Shown: piece by piece, positions 47,701 to 57,937 of the stretch | Position numbering within the stretch: position 1 is the first letter of the stretch | Layout of the letters: every line of letters starts with the position of its first letter | Assembly (NCBI GenBank): GCA_023227965.1 | Contig: JALOCA010000006.1 | Coordinates: 16,998-80,997, forward strand | Length of the DNA: 64,000 bases | Direction of reading: 5' to 3' | Source: Lentimicrobiaceae bacterium | GTDB lineage: Bacteria > Bacteroidota > Bacteroidia > Bacteroidales > JALOCA01 | The notes under the pieces: model-generated | What the model saw: the letters and a program-made list of their open reading frames with translations, nothing else | The model's database searches: none | What the model was told of the DNA's origin: nothing | Position numbers and translations under genes: made by a program

Positions 47701-49156
47701 ACGGGTTTGGAAGGGCATCCGGGTACGTTTGCGCCCTGTAATCATGACAGCAGCCGTTGCCTCGCTTGGTTTTTTGCCCATGTCGATCTCAACGTCTGCC
47801 GGTGCCGAAGTACAAAAACCATTGGCTACTGTAGTCATCGGAGGGCTAATTTCTTCCACACTCCTTACTATTATCGTACTCCCGGTTCTTTACATTTTGT
47901 TTTCCAACAAGAAAAGTAAAAGAAGAAATATTCCCGGAATAGCCACCTGTATTTTGCTAATTGTAGGATTTTTCTTTTTTAGCCCTTCTGCTTTTGCTCA
48001 GAAGGCTCCTAAAGCTTACACTTTACAACAAGCAATAAATCAGGCAATAAATAATAACGGGAATGCAAAGGCAGCCGGTTTGGAAGTAAAATCGCAAAAA
48101 GCACTGAAAAAGACAGCCTGGGAAATGGGAAACACGCAGATTGATTATACTTATGGGCAAACCAATTCGGCAAAAAAAGATGATGAATATTCGCTTTCGC
48201 AAAGTTTTCATTTTCCGGCAGTTTATGCCACTCAGGTTCGCCTGGCAAATACCGGGATAACTTCCGCAGAAATCAAACAGGCAGCAACCAACGCAGAAAT
48301 CATTTACCAGATAAAATCAACATACTATCAATTAGCCTTTTATCATTCAAAATTACAACTTCTGCGTAATCAGGATAGTATCTTCCTTGCGTTTGAAAAA
48401 GCCGCCCGTCTGCGTTTCGAAAAAGGAGAAACCAATCTTTTGGAAAAAATGAATGCAGAAACACAGGTTTTTGAGGTGCAAAATCAAATTAAACAGGCAG
48501 AATCCGACATCGAAATTTATAGTCTGAAACTGCAAACCCTTTTGGGTGAAAATCAACAGATAACAATTTTAGAAACAGAATTGCCTCATCTTCAAATTCC
48601 AGCGTCTGCAGACAGCACTTTACTTGACCAAAATCCGGATTTAGCCTATATGAAACTGCAAATTGAAGCAAAAAAACTGCAAATCAACGCAGAACGTTTT
48701 AAGCTGTTCCCGGAAATTTCCGTTGGATATTTTAACCAGTCCAACAAGGATATTTCGTCAGGCGAACGTTTTACCGGCATACAGGCAGGTATTTCCTTCC
48801 CTTTGTTTTTCTTTTCTCAACAGGGGAAAATTCAATCGTCGGCGATTAACCGCAACATTGCAGAAATAAATTACAATCAGGCATATACGGCTTTACACAA
48901 TGATTATCAGATACTTATTCGTGAATATTGTAAAAACCTCAGCAACCTGCAATTGTATGAATCCAAAGCAGTGCCACAGGCTAAACAGATTATCATTCAG
49001 GCAGAAAAAGCTTATAAATCAGGAGAAATCGGATATATGGAATACGTTCAGAACCTAAAACAGGCATCAAACATAAACTCCTCTTATTTAGAAACTTTAA
49101 ATGCCTGCAACCAATCTGTCCTTAGCATTGAACTTCTAACCGGAAAAATTAATTAA
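44795..49156 (+). CDS. CusA/CzcA heavy-metal efflux RND transporter fused to a C-terminal TolC-like outer-membrane factor
   Basis: DAVPDITNNQVQI, GAIDFGLIVDGAVIIVE, RLRPVIMTA, GAEVQKPLATVVIGG; about 400 extra residues with OEP-type helices (RFEKGETNLLE, YKSGEIGYMEY). Confidence 0.92.
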   Translation: MINRIIEFSIKNKIIIGLFTLALIGWGIYSLTRLPVDAVPDITNNQVQIITITPALATQEVEKYVTAPIEISVATIPGIIELRSISRLGLSVVTVVFKDNVDGFKARQQINERLKEAEEQIPEGAGTPTLAPVSTGLGEIYQYVLKVKKGYESKYNPMELRSIQDWIVKRELLGTVGVAEVNSYGGFVKEYEVAVNPERLKSINITIPEIFDALEKNNENTGGAYIDKKPNAYFIRGIGMVSSFEDIEKIVVKANPDGMPILIRDVATVQIGHANRYGAFVVDTTGEGVGGVVMMLKGANGSQVIKNVKERFEKVKKSLPEGVYIESYLDRTDLVNRAIGTVSRNLLEGGLIVVFILVLMLGNFRAGLVVASVIPLSMLFAVSMMNLFGVSGNLMSLGAIDFGLIVDGAVIIVESVVHRITKSKTHHQGMLKLPMAEMDQQVMQSAKRMMSSATFGQVIILIVYLPILTLVGIEGKMFRPMAQTVSFAILGALILSLTYVPVASTLFLSRKPKIKKDISDKIMEVIQKVFHPLVSFALRKKHTVVFISIALLIGSVFLFNRLGGEFIPDLEEGDLAAGVMTLQGGSLTNTVETVEKANAILMKNFPEVEHAICKIGSAEIPTDPTPMETGDYIIVMKPKKEWTSAKTREEMTKKMEEKLSALAGVDFSFQQPIQMRFNELMTGSKQDVAVKIFGDNLDSLVNEGKMIENLIYNIKGIEDIQVEQVTGAPQIHITYNRDKIAQYGLNISDINQVVRAAFAGSVAGVVFEEEKRFDLVVRFEKPFRESLDNVKNMYIPLSSGKQIPLEEVATVEIKNGTAQVSREDTKRRITVSFNVRNRDVESIVADVQNIIDKKVKLPPGYYITIGGEFENLIAARARLLLAVPIALLLIFILLFFTFHSLKQTLLIYSAVPLAAIGGIVALYLRGMNFSISAGVGFIALFGVAVLNGIVLIAEFNRLEKEEGISDIYERVWKGIRVRLRPVIMTAAVASLGFLPMSISTSAGAEVQKPLATVVIGGLISSTLLTIIVLPVLYILFSNKKSKRRNIPGIATCILLIVGFFFFSPSAFAQKAPKAYTLQQAINQAINNNGNAKAAGLEVKSQKALKKTAWEMGNTQIDYTYGQTNSAKKDDEYSLSQSFHFPAVYATQVRLANTGITSAEIKQAATNAEIIYQIKSTYYQLAFYHSKLQLLRNQDSIFLAFEKAARLRFEKGETNLLEKMNAETQVFEVQNQIKQAESDIEIYSLKLQTLLGENQQITILETELPHLQIPASADSTLLDQNPDLAYMKLQIEAKKLQINAERFKLFPEISVGYFNQSNKDISSGERFTGIQAGISFPLFFFSQQGKIQSSAINRNIAEINYNQAYTALHNDYQILIREYCKNLSNLQLYESKAVPQAKQIIIQAEKAYKSGEIGYMEYVQNLKQASNINSSYLETLNACNQSVLSIELLTGKIN

Positions 49157-49174
49157 CACTAAATATTTTATCAT

Positions 49175-50359
49175 ATGAAAACATATTTTTTTAATATACT
49201 TATAATTGCAGCATTTATCCTCTCATTCTCCTCTTGTAAAAATTCTACCGAGAAAGAGGAAAAACATGCAGAACATGAGGAACTTCCTGCAAACATAGTG
49301 GAAATGAATGAAGAACAATATGCTACAGCCGGTATCCAACTTGGCTTGGCGGAAGAACGTTCACTAAGCAACTTACTGAAAGTGAACGGTAATATCAATG
49401 TAACCCCGCAAAGCCTTGCTACGGTATCTGCTCCATTGGGCGGTTTTATTAAAAATACCAATCTTATTCAAGGCAGTCTGGTTACCAAAGGGCAGACACT
49501 GGCACTTATCGAAAACATCGAATTTGTAAACCTTCAGCAAAGTTATTTGGAAACAAAGGCAAAGTTTTCGTATATTACATACGAATACGAACGGCAAAAA
49601 GATTTGTATAAAGAAAATGTTAGCTCTGCCAAAAATTTCCAGCAAACAGAATCTGAATATAAAACGATTAAAACACAATTAAATGCTTATCAGCAAAAGC
49701 TAAGTATGCTTGGAATAGACGCATCCAAACTTAGGGAGGACAACATTAAAAACGCCATTTCGATTTGTTCACCAATAAATGGTTATATAAAAAATGTGAA
49801 TGTAAACATTGGCAAATTTGTTAATCCATCGGATATTTTATTTGAAATTGTTAACACACAAAATCTTACCCTTGAACTAATTGTTTTTGAAAAGGATGTA
49901 CAAAAAATATCTAATGGTCAGAAACTTAGCTTCTTTACGCCTGGAAAACCGGACATTCGCCACGAAGCAATTATTTATCAGGTTGGTAAAGCATTGGACG
50001 ACGATAAAACCGTTACTGTTTACGCATCCATCAATCAGCCTTCAAAAGACTTAATTGCAGGCATGTATGTAAATGCAGAAATTGAAGTAAAGAATAACCA
50101 GGCACTTGCACTTCCTTCGGAAACCATTGTGCAGTTTGATGAAAAATTTTATGTGTTTGCATTTAAAGGGAAACGTATCGAAAATGGCAAGCAGATAAAT
50201 GATTTTGAAGTGATAGAAGTAAAGAAAGGCATGGAAAACAACGGTTTTACCGAAGTTATCCTTCCTCAGGGTTTTGATTATAAAAATCGGAAAATTGCCA
50301 TAAAAGGTGCTTATAGTTTGCTCTCGAAGCTAAAAAATTCGGGTGAAATGAGTTGTTAA
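49175..50359 (+). CDS. RND efflux periplasmic adaptor (CzcB/CusB-like lipoprotein)
   Basis: Lipobox FSSC, His-rich EKHAEHEE, SAPLGG...G..VTKGQ and SPINGYI...G hairpin/lipoyl motifs. Confidence 0.9.
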   Translation: MKTYFFNILIIAAFILSFSSCKNSTEKEEKHAEHEELPANIVEMNEEQYATAGIQLGLAEERSLSNLLKVNGNINVTPQSLATVSAPLGGFIKNTNLIQGSLVTKGQTLALIENIEFVNLQQSYLETKAKFSYITYEYERQKDLYKENVSSAKNFQQTESEYKTIKTQLNAYQQKLSMLGIDASKLREDNIKNAISICSPINGYIKNVNVNIGKFVNPSDILFEIVNTQNLTLELIVFEKDVQKISNGQKLSFFTPGKPDIRHEAIIYQVGKALDDDKTVTVYASINQPSKDLIAGMYVNAEIEVKNNQALALPSETIVQFDEKFYVFAFKGKRIENGKQINDFEVIEVKKGMENNGFTEVILPQGFDYKNRKIAIKGAYSLLSKLKNSGEMSC

Positions 50360-50394
50360 ATTCAACAAAAAAGATTGTTCCCTGGAAAATTTTT

Positions 50395-51027
50395 TCAGGG
50401 AGCAAGTCTTTGCAATTCCCAGCCATCCGGAATTTTTACATAAACAATCCTGTCGTGCAACCGGTTTGCCCTCCCCTGCCAGAATTCTATTTTCTCAGAA
50501 ACCAGTATAAAACCGCCCCAAAATACCGGGCGATAATATGGTGCAGAGTGCGTTGACTGAAAAGCAGTTGCAAGGTCTTCAAGGTATTTCCTGTTTGGAA
50601 CCACCTGGCTCTGTGACGAAACGATAGCACTTACCTGGCTATCAGAAGGTCGTTGGGCAAAATAGTCGTCGGAAGCCGTTTCCGAGAGCTTCTCTACCCT
50701 ACCATCAATGCGAACCTGCCTTTCCAAAGCAGGCCACCAAAAAAGCAGGGAGGCATAGGGATTTGCTACAATTTCTGCCCCCTTCTGACTTTGATAATTT
50801 GTAAAAAATTGAAAACCTTTTTCATCAACTTTTTTAAGTAAAATCATTCGTACAGAAGGTTTTCCATCAGATGAAGCAGTGGACAAAGCCATTGCATTCG
50901 CTTCCCTTTTTTCTGCAGTAAAGGCTTCGGCAAACCATTCCTTAAACAATTCCATTGGGGCTGCTGGCAACTTTTTTTCATCTAAAACTCCCTTATTGTA
51001 TTCTTTGCGTAATGCAGATAACATCAT
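50395..51027 (-). CDS. pdxH: Pyridoxine/pyridoxamine 5'-phosphate oxidase
   Basis: LRKEY, RMILLK, FFTNYQSQKG, ERQVRIDG, EFWQGRANRLHDR. Confidence 0.95.
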   Translation of the reverse strand: MMLSALRKEYNKGVLDEKKLPAAPMELFKEWFAEAFTAEKREANAMALSTASSDGKPSVRMILLKKVDEKGFQFFTNYQSQKGAEIVANPYASLLFWWPALERQVRIDGRVEKLSETASDDYFAQRPSDSQVSAIVSSQSQVVPNRKYLEDLATAFQSTHSAPYYRPVFWGGFILVSEKIEFWQGRANRLHDRIVYVKIPDGWELQRLAP

Positions 51028-51090
51028 TTTTACTATTTTTGAAAATAATAACACAAAAAACTGCTCCTGGTTTTTAAAAACCGCTTTTTT

Positions 51091-51741
51091 ATGAAAATAC
51101 CGTTATGGAACCGAAAAATGCGTACAAGACTTACTATTTGGGGTAAACTGCTTGTAATCTTAATATTATTCTTACTATTTTATATCTGGATGAGAAATAT
51201 CCATCCTTTTCTTTCAAAAAATAAACCCGTGCAGGCTGATATTTTGGTAGCTGAAGGCTATATCCCTGATTATGCAATGAAAGATGTGATAAAAGAATTT
51301 AATAAAAACCATTACCACATACTTGTAGTTTCCGGAAACCCAGTTGATTATGGCTTTTATTACACCAAGTTTGGAAACACTGCAGATGCAGGAAGGGTAA
51401 CCCTGATAAAATTAGGCATGGACAGCACCAAAGTTTTCAGTGCACCTGCACCTTATTCCAAACGTGATAGAACTTATGCTGCAGCGCTATCAGTAAAACA
51501 TTTTATGGATTCTATCCGTGTAAAATCCAAAGCAATAAACTTGTATTCATTTGGATGCCATGCACGCCGTAGCTGGCTTTTGTACAAAAAAGCTTTTGGA
51601 CATGAATATCAGGTAGGGGTACTTTGCTCTTACAAAAACACCTATGATCCAAATAGATGGTGGCGCTGGAGTGATGGTGTCCGTGAAATTACAGACGAAA
51701 GTGTAGCTTTTATTTATGCTTCTATATTTTTCAGAAAATAA
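51091..51741 (+). CDS. YdcF/DUF218-like membrane-anchored protein
   Basis: N-terminal TM, ADILVAEGY, RDRTY..A, HARRS, WWR..DG. Confidence 0.65.
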   Translation: MKIPLWNRKMRTRLTIWGKLLVILILFLLFYIWMRNIHPFLSKNKPVQADILVAEGYIPDYAMKDVIKEFNKNHYHILVVSGNPVDYGFYYTKFGNTADAGRVTLIKLGMDSTKVFSAPAPYSKRDRTYAAALSVKHFMDSIRVKSKAINLYSFGCHARRSWLLYKKAFGHEYQVGVLCSYKNTYDPNRWWRWSDGVREITDESVAFIYASIFFRK

Positions 51742-51770
51742 AAAAAGCCACCCTGCAAGGATGGCTTTTT
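51742..51770. terminator. Bidirectional intrinsic terminator
   Basis: AAAAAGCCACCCT-GCA-AGGATGGCTTTTT between convergent genes. Confidence 0.75.
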
Positions 51771-51788
51771 AAAAAATTTTGGGGGAAA

Positions 51789-52136
51789 TTAATCTTTAAC
51801 CGATTCCACGATAGCTTTGAAAGCTTCAGGGTTATTCATTGCCAGGTCGGCAAGAACTTTACGGTCAATCTGGATATTTTTTTCATTCAGCTTTCCGATA
51901 AAAACGGAGTACGATAAGCCATACTGGCGAACCCCTGCATTGATACGCGCAATCCATAAGCTACGGAATGTGCGTTTTTTGGCGCGACGGTCGCGATAGG
52001 CATACACCTGCCCTTTTTCATAAGCATTTTTGGCTACCGTCCAGACGTTTTTTCTCCTTCCGAACTGTCCTTTTACCTTCTTCAGGATTTTTTTCCTTCT
52101 TTGTCGCGAAGCGACTGCATTTACACTTCTAGGCAT
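51789..52136 (-). CDS. rplT: 50S ribosomal protein L20
   Basis: [11 protein letters not shown]...[21 protein letters not shown]. Confidence 0.98.
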   Translation of the reverse strand: MPRSVNAVASRQRRKKILKKVKGQFGRRKNVWTVAKNAYEKGQVYAYRDRRAKKRTFRSLWIARINAGVRQYGLSYSVFIGKLNEKNIQIDRKVLADLAMNNPEAFKAIVESVKD

Positions 52137-52215
52137 TTTACATCTGATTTTTTACTTCAGCGATCCCGGTTTAACGGAATACTTTCCGGCTGAGAGTAAG
52201 GTTAATACTAAAAAT

Positions 52216-52410
52216 TTAACATTGAAGCATTGCTTTTACATTTTTCACATCGGCAGTATCTACCGTGGCAGTATGCGTAAGATTACGTTTGCGTTTGGTA
52301 GATTTTTTTGTCAAAATGTGACTTTTGTAAGCATGCTTCCGTTTGATTTTACCTGTTCCGGTAAGGGTAAACCTTTTTTTGGCACCGGACTTGGATTTCA
52401 TTTTTGGCAT
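52216..52410 (-). CDS. rpmI: 50S ribosomal protein L35
   Basis: [14 protein letters not shown]...[12 protein letters not shown]. Confidence 0.98.
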   Translation of the reverse strand: MPKMKSKSGAKKRFTLTGTGKIKRKHAYKSHILTKKSTKRKRNLTHTATVDTADVKNVKAMLQC

Positions 52411-52456
52411 TTCAATTAATTTAACAGGTTAATAATCTATTGGGAATTAATAATTT

Positions 52457-53014
52457 TTATTTTTTTGAAGTAAGTATCATAATCATTCTTTTTCCTTCGA
52501 GCTTAGGTAAGCTTTCCACCTTGGCACATTCTTCAAGTTCAGAAGCAAATTTAAGTAGGATTATTTCGCCTTTTTCCTTGTAAACAATGGAACGCCCTTT
52601 AAAAAAGACTTCTACTTTTACTTTTGCTCCTTCCTGCAGAAATTTTTCGGCATGCTTTAGCTTAAAATTAAAATCATGATCATCGGTATTGGGACCCAAC
52701 CTGATCTCTTTTACAATAACCTTTGCGCTCTTGGCTTTAATTTCTTTCTGCTTACGTTTTAATTCGTAGAGAAATTTCTTATAATCAGTTACCTTACAAA
52801 CAGGAGGGTTGGCATTAGGTGAAATTTCCACCAGATCAAGATCGAGGTTATGGGCTATGTCAAGTGCTTCCTTGATATTATAAATTCCCTGCTGGATGTT
52901 TTCTCCTACTACCCTAACCACAGGCCATCGGATATTTTCGTTGATTTTATAAATTTCTTCCTTCTTGCGGGAATTTCCGCCATATACGCGTAGGTTTTGA
53001 ACAGGTGTTGCTAT
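52457..53014 (-). CDS. infC: Translation initiation factor IF-3 (non-canonical ATA start)
   Basis: The frame extends upstream of the 52921 call through YKINENIR to an ATA at 53014, preceded by [23 protein letters not shown] and KEIRLGP motifs present. Confidence 0.92.
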   Translation of the reverse strand: MATPVQNLRVYGGNSRKKEEIYKINENIRWPVVRVVGENIQQGIYNIKEALDIAHNLDLDLVEISPNANPPVCKVTDYKKFLYELKRKQKEIKAKSAKVIVKEIRLGPNTDDHDFNFKLKHAEKFLQEGAKVKVEVFFKGRSIVYKEKGEIILLKFASELEECAKVESLPKLEGKRMIMILTSKK

Positions 53015-53056
53015 AACTTACTCCTTTCTTTTAATGAATAATTACAAGCCAAAAGT

Positions 53057-54997
53057 TTATTCTTCAAGCATTGCGTTAATTTGATCATTTACTATTTGCA
53101 CAAAAGTTTCGATTGGGAAGGTACCCAAATCACCTTCTCCCTGACGACGGACAGAAACAGAATTGCTAAGTTCTTCTTTTTCGCCTACGATAAGCATGTA
53201 GGGAATTTTCTGTAATTCAGCATCCCGAATCTTTTTTCCGGTCTTTTCGCTTCTTTCGTCAATTTGGGTGCGAATTTCGTAATTATTTAGCAAATACAAA
53301 ACTTTTTTTGCATAATCGTGATATTTTTCACTGATTGGCAGAATTATAGCCTGTTCCGGCGTTAACCAGAGCGGGAACTTCCCTGCACAATGTTCTATTA
53401 AAACAGCTACAAACCGCTCCATCGAACCAAAGGGAGCACGATGGATCATCACCGGACGATGTTTTTGGTTATCGTTGCCAATATACTCTAATTCAAATCG
53501 TTCAGGCAAATTATAGTCCACCTGGATAGTTCCAAGCTGCCATTTTCTTCCCAGGGCATCCTTCACCATGAAGTCCATCTTGGGTCCGTAAAATGCAGCT
53601 TCACCATATTCTACCACTACATTGGGAAGTTGCTTTTCTTCTGCTACTTCGAGGATGGCACGTTCGGCTTTTTCCCAGTTTTCGTCGCTTCCGATGTATT
53701 TTTCGTGGTTATTTGGGTCGCGAAGCGAAATCTGTGTGATGAATTCTTTAAAATCCAATGCTTTGAAAATATGCATCACGATATTAAGCACACCGATAAA
53801 TTCTTCTTTCACTTGGTCGGGACGGCAGAAAATGTGGGCATCGTCCTGCGTAAAACTACGAACCCGGGTCAAACCGTGTAATTCGCCGCTTTGTTCGTAA
53901 CGATAAACGGTACCAAACTCGGCAAGGCGAACAGGCAAATCTTTGTATGAATGGGGTTTACTATTATAAATTTCGCAATGGTGCGGGCAATTCATGGGTT
54001 TTAGCATAAATAACTCGCCTTCCACCGGCGTAGAGATAGGCTGAAATGAGTCTTTGCCGTATTTTTCATAATGTCCAGAGGTTACATACAGGTCTTTATG
54101 AGCAATGTGCGGAGTAATCACCTGTTGGTAACCTGCTTTTTTCTGTGCACGTTTTAAAAATTGTTCCAGCCGTTCGCGAAGCGCAGCACCTTTGGGCAAC
54201 CAAAGTGGCAGACCTGAACCTACTTTTGCCGAAAATGTAAACAGTTCCAGTTCTTTTCCCAGTTTGCGATGGTCGCGTTTTTTGGCTTCTTCGAGCAGAA
54301 AAATGTAGTCATCAAGTTCTTTTTGTTTGGAGAACGTGATTCCATACACACGGGTCATTTGTTTGCGTTTTTCGTCGCCACGCCAATAAGCGCCTGCAAC
54401 GTTCAGCAGTTTAATGGCTTTGATAGAGCCTGTATCGGGCAGATGAGGTCCACGGCAGAGGTCAGTAAAATTTCCGGAATGGTATAATGTAATGCTTCCA
54501 TCTTCCAGTTCATTTATCAGTTCGAGTTTATATTCGTCACCTTTGCGGGTAAAAAATTCAATAGCATATTTTTTTGAAACTTCTTCCCGTTGAAAGGATT
54601 GTTTCTGCCGTGCAAATTCAAGCATTTTTGCCTCGATAGCCGGAAGGTCTTCCGACGATAGTATTGTGTCGCCCAAATCAATGTCATAATAAAAGCCATT
54701 TTCAATGTTTGGACCAATGCCGAATTTCACCCCCGGATAAAGGAACTCTATGGCTTCTGCCATAAGATGGGCTGAAGAGTGCCAGAGAGTAGATTTTCCT
54801 TCCTCATCATTCCATGTCAACAATTTAACCTTTGCATCCTTATGTATCGGACGGGTAGCATCCCATATTTCTTCATCCACTTTTGCCGAAAGCACATTAC
54901 GGGCAAGCCCTTCGCTTATGCTTTTGGCAATATCGAGCGCTGTTACACCTTCATCGTATTGTCTCACCGAATTATCGGGCAATGTAATGTTTATCAT
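53057..54997 (-). CDS. thrS: Threonine--tRNA ligase
   Basis: TGS domain, [53 protein letters not shown]. Confidence 0.98.
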   Translation of the reverse strand: MINITLPDNSVRQYDEGVTALDIAKSISEGLARNVLSAKVDEEIWDATRPIHKDAKVKLLTWNDEEGKSTLWHSSAHLMAEAIEFLYPGVKFGIGPNIENGFYYDIDLGDTILSSEDLPAIEAKMLEFARQKQSFQREEVSKKYAIEFFTRKGDEYKLELINELEDGSITLYHSGNFTDLCRGPHLPDTGSIKAIKLLNVAGAYWRGDEKRKQMTRVYGITFSKQKELDDYIFLLEEAKKRDHRKLGKELELFTFSAKVGSGLPLWLPKGAALRERLEQFLKRAQKKAGYQQVITPHIAHKDLYVTSGHYEKYGKDSFQPISTPVEGELFMLKPMNCPHHCEIYNSKPHSYKDLPVRLAEFGTVYRYEQSGELHGLTRVRSFTQDDAHIFCRPDQVKEEFIGVLNIVMHIFKALDFKEFITQISLRDPNNHEKYIGSDENWEKAERAILEVAEEKQLPNVVVEYGEAAFYGPKMDFMVKDALGRKWQLGTIQVDYNLPERFELEYIGNDNQKHRPVMIHRAPFGSMERFVAVLIEHCAGKFPLWLTPEQAIILPISEKYHDYAKKVLYLLNNYEIRTQIDERSEKTGKKIRDAELQKIPYMLIVGEKEELSNSVSVRRQGEGDLGTFPIETFVQIVNDQINAMLEE

Positions 54998-55024
54998 TGC
55001 TTGTCGTTTTATAAAAATAAGCTG

Positions 55025-55032
55025 CAAAAGTA
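55025..55032 (-). promoter_or_regulatory. -7 promoter box (TACTTTTG) for the thrS operon
   Basis: TAnnTTTG 28 nt upstream of the ATG. Confidence 0.6.
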
Positions 55033-55197
55033 GTAAAAATATTTATTCCCGGAACGAAAAGCCCGGAAATGAATGGAAAGTTACAAGTAAACTTCCAATG
55101 AAACATGTACAAATTTTTACAGGCTAAACCCTTTGAAAGATACTTGTAACTGCCCATTACGTTGAATGTGTGGTTCTGGCTACAAACCGATATTGTA

Positions 55198-55563
55198 TTA
55201 ATGTGCTTTATGTTCCGGGTCGTCTGGTTTTTTGCAACAGGGAGGCAGGTTTTTGTATGCTTTGGGGTCGGCTGTTACGCCATCGGCATCGTAACCGGTT
55301 TTGGATAATGCCAGGCAGATTTTATCCGGGGTGGTTTTATCCGGCTTGTAGGTAACGGTAACAATCTTGGTTTTCAAATCAAGATTGGATTTTGTTACAC
55401 CTTTTTCATACGCCAGCATGCGTTCAATTCTGTCCTTGCACTGTTCGCATTGTGCCGACGTTTTAATACGGATGGTTTCCGTCTTTTTCCCCTGGGCAGA
55501 TGCAATGCTTCCGATTAAAATGGTAGCAAACAGGACTAGTACTATTCTTTTTAAAGCTTTCAT
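55198..55563 (-). CDS. Exported heavy-metal-associated (HMA) domain protein
   Basis: Signal peptide, QCEQCKDRIE (CxxC), C-terminal YKNLPPCC. Confidence 0.88.
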   Translation of the reverse strand: MKALKRIVLVLFATILIGSIASAQGKKTETIRIKTSAQCEQCKDRIERMLAYEKGVTKSNLDLKTKIVTVTYKPDKTTPDKICLALSKTGYDADGVTADPKAYKNLPPCCKKPDDPEHKAH

Positions 55564-55603
55564 ATTGATTTGATTTATTTGTAAAACGATTATTTATTTA
55601 TGA

Positions 55604-57937
55604 TTATTTCAAAGTATAACGCAAACCGGCATATACGAGAGCACCTGTAACTGGTCCCCATACCATAGAACCATCGAAATGGGTATGATACGGTTTCCAG
55701 TATTCTACAATCAGATCGTCTTGAATGTAACCGGTAAAATTTTCACCACCAAGGTAAGCATCAAAGTACTTGAATTTTCGGGTAATCTGAGCCAACAGGT
55801 TGAAATATTCCGGCGAATGTGTTGTCCGTTGCAGCTTTGCAGGCATTTTGTAGGTGTCGGGCAAGCGAGCACTACCATTGAACTGTCCGGTAATATCAAA
55901 CTTCCATTTATCGAAATGGGTGGCATAGGATAAGGTAATCAATCCTTTGTAGTTGTTGGTAAAAGGCTTGTCGCGAAGTCTGCCGCCAATTTCCATTTTC
56001 ACATCATTTCTCCGATAAGCCATCGTTACGGAAAGGTTTTTCAGAGGCGAAAAAGTGAGTTGCGCCTGCAGGCTGTTGGAATAGGACTTCCCGTCAAGGT
56101 TATAAAAATATGCCGCATTGGGCATGCTGTCCATATCCGTAATCACCTGGTGGACAAAACTGGTACGATAGGCATCAATGCTAAACTCGGCAGTACGGGT
56201 AAACAGCTTGAACTCTCTGGTAATGTTTGTTCCGAAGTTCCAGGCTTCTTCCTGATCGAGCTTTTCCGAAAAAACAAGTTTTCGCTGGCTGATAAAGATG
56301 CCACTGTTTTCGGACAATACGTTAGCGGTACGGTAACCTTTGCCTGCCGAAGCCCGGAAAGTAGTTTTGGTATCAGGTTTGTATCTCAAATGGAACCTTG
56401 GTGTAACAAAAAACCCGTAGTCGTTGTGGTAATCGCCACGCAAGCCGGCAATCAACGTAAGTTTGTCCTTGTAGTCAAAAGTGTATTCGGCAAAGGCTCC
56501 CGGGACACGTTCCGTACGATTCAGATAGTAAGTAACCTGTTTATAATCAACGAGTGTAAACAAATCATAGTCTGTGCCTCCCCCATTAATCTCATAAAGG
56601 TAGGTAAGCTGTTTCTGCTTGTAGTTTTCGATGTAATCGTCGTACAAAAAGCTTAAACCGGCAGTAATTTTATGATTTGGATTTTTTATTTGTGTATTAA
56701 AAATCAGGTTCGCATACAGATTCTTTTCGTGCCCGTAATAATGATTGATGCCATAAAAACCTTTCTGTTCATGGTTTACACCCGATAGAACCAAACCAAG
56801 ACTGGAGTTAGGATGATTGGGAAAGAAAAAACCGTTTTTCCAGAATGCTTCCACCCTCTTGGTACGGATGCTCAAGCCATAAGCCTTGGTGCCGACAGTA
56901 ATTCCGGTGGTGTCGTCGGTAAAATTGCTTTTATCAAAATTAGTCTGTCCTCCATTACGGTCTTCGTCAATGTATTTTATCCCGAATTTGGAAGCCATTT
57001 TCCCAGGAAGGATGTAATCCCAGCGATTGAACAGGCTGTAAGTAGTGAGCTTTGGCAAGTCGAGAAAGCCATCGTCGTTACGGTCTATCTTATTTTGAAA
57101 ATCATCGGCATGCACCAGTACCATCGTACTCAGTTTGTCGTTGAGTTTTACAGCGGAGTTTACGTTGGCTTCCAGCCGTCCGTTGCTGTTTCCATAAAGG
57201 TTTACAAACAGTTTTTCGCTGTTTTCCGGCTTCTTGTATTCCACATTTATCTGTCCGGTAATAGATTCGTAGCCATTCACTACCGAAGCAGTTCCCTTAG
57301 AAATCTGAATGGATTCCATCCACGATCCGGGAATATAATTTAAACCATAAGCTTGTGCCAAACCACGTACCGAAGGAAGGTTTTCTGTCATTATCTGGCT
57401 ATAGATACCTGCCAAACCAAGCATTTGTATTTGTTTTGCCCCGGTTACAGCGTCGGAATAGCCTACGTCAACCGTAGCATTGTTTTCAAAGCTTTCTGAA
57501 AGGTTGCAGCAGGCAAGTTTTTGCAAACCGGCAGTGGTGATTACTTCTGTTTTTATGAATTTAAGTCCGGAAATGTAAGAGCCATTCACTCTTTCCCGGA
57601 TTTCCACCGAGGCAAGTTCCCTGTCGGCAGTAAGTACAATATCAATTTTGGTTTGATTTTTCGAGATAAGCAAAGTATCAAACTTATATCCCACATAGCT
57701 AACTATCAGTTTTAAATCGCCAGCAGATGGTTTCCTCAGGCTGAATCGTCCGTGCTCGTCGGTAGTAGTGCCAGATTGTGTCCCCAGCCAGAAAACGTTG
57801 GCAAACAACAAGGGGGTTTTCTGATTGTTTTTGTCCAGTTCATTTACAGTTCCTTTCAGATAATTATTTTGTCCTGAAATATTAAGAACTGTAATTAAAA
57901 ATATATTTGTCAACAGTATTTTTAATATCGTCTTCAT
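55604..57937 (-). CDS. TonB-dependent receptor, probably for a metal
   Basis: N-terminal carboxypeptidase-regulatory-like domain (GTTTDEHGRF), plug with ACCNLSESFE, IQISKG...NGYESITGQIN, barrel ending YAGLRYTLK. Confidence 0.88.
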   Translation of the reverse strand: MKTILKILLTNIFLITVLNISGQNNYLKGTVNELDKNNQKTPLLFANVFWLGTQSGTTTDEHGRFSLRKPSAGDLKLIVSYVGYKFDTLLISKNQTKIDIVLTADRELASVEIRERVNGSYISGLKFIKTEVITTAGLQKLACCNLSESFENNATVDVGYSDAVTGAKQIQMLGLAGIYSQIMTENLPSVRGLAQAYGLNYIPGSWMESIQISKGTASVVNGYESITGQINVEYKKPENSEKLFVNLYGNSNGRLEANVNSAVKLNDKLSTMVLVHADDFQNKIDRNDDGFLDLPKLTTYSLFNRWDYILPGKMASKFGIKYIDEDRNGGQTNFDKSNFTDDTTGITVGTKAYGLSIRTKRVEAFWKNGFFFPNHPNSSLGLVLSGVNHEQKGFYGINHYYGHEKNLYANLIFNTQIKNPNHKITAGLSFLYDDYIENYKQKQLTYLYEINGGGTDYDLFTLVDYKQVTYYLNRTERVPGAFAEYTFDYKDKLTLIAGLRGDYHNDYGFFVTPRFHLRYKPDTKTTFRASAGKGYRTANVLSENSGIFISQRKLVFSEKLDQEEAWNFGTNITREFKLFTRTAEFSIDAYRTSFVHQVITDMDSMPNAAYFYNLDGKSYSNSLQAQLTFSPLKNLSVTMAYRRNDVKMEIGGRLRDKPFTNNYKGLITLSYATHFDKWKFDITGQFNGSARLPDTYKMPAKLQRTTHSPEYFNLLAQITRKFKYFDAYLGGENFTGYIQDDLIVEYWKPYHTHFDGSMVWGPVTGALVYAGLRYTLK

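Noticed and set aside
44795..49156. CusA-TolC fusion as a novelty or assembly artefact
   Set aside because: The reading frame is continuous and this fusion is a familiar Bacteroidota architecture.
52457..52921. Truncated IF-3 as given in the ORF track
   Set aside because: The frame continues upstream to an ATA start at 53014, giving a full-length protein.
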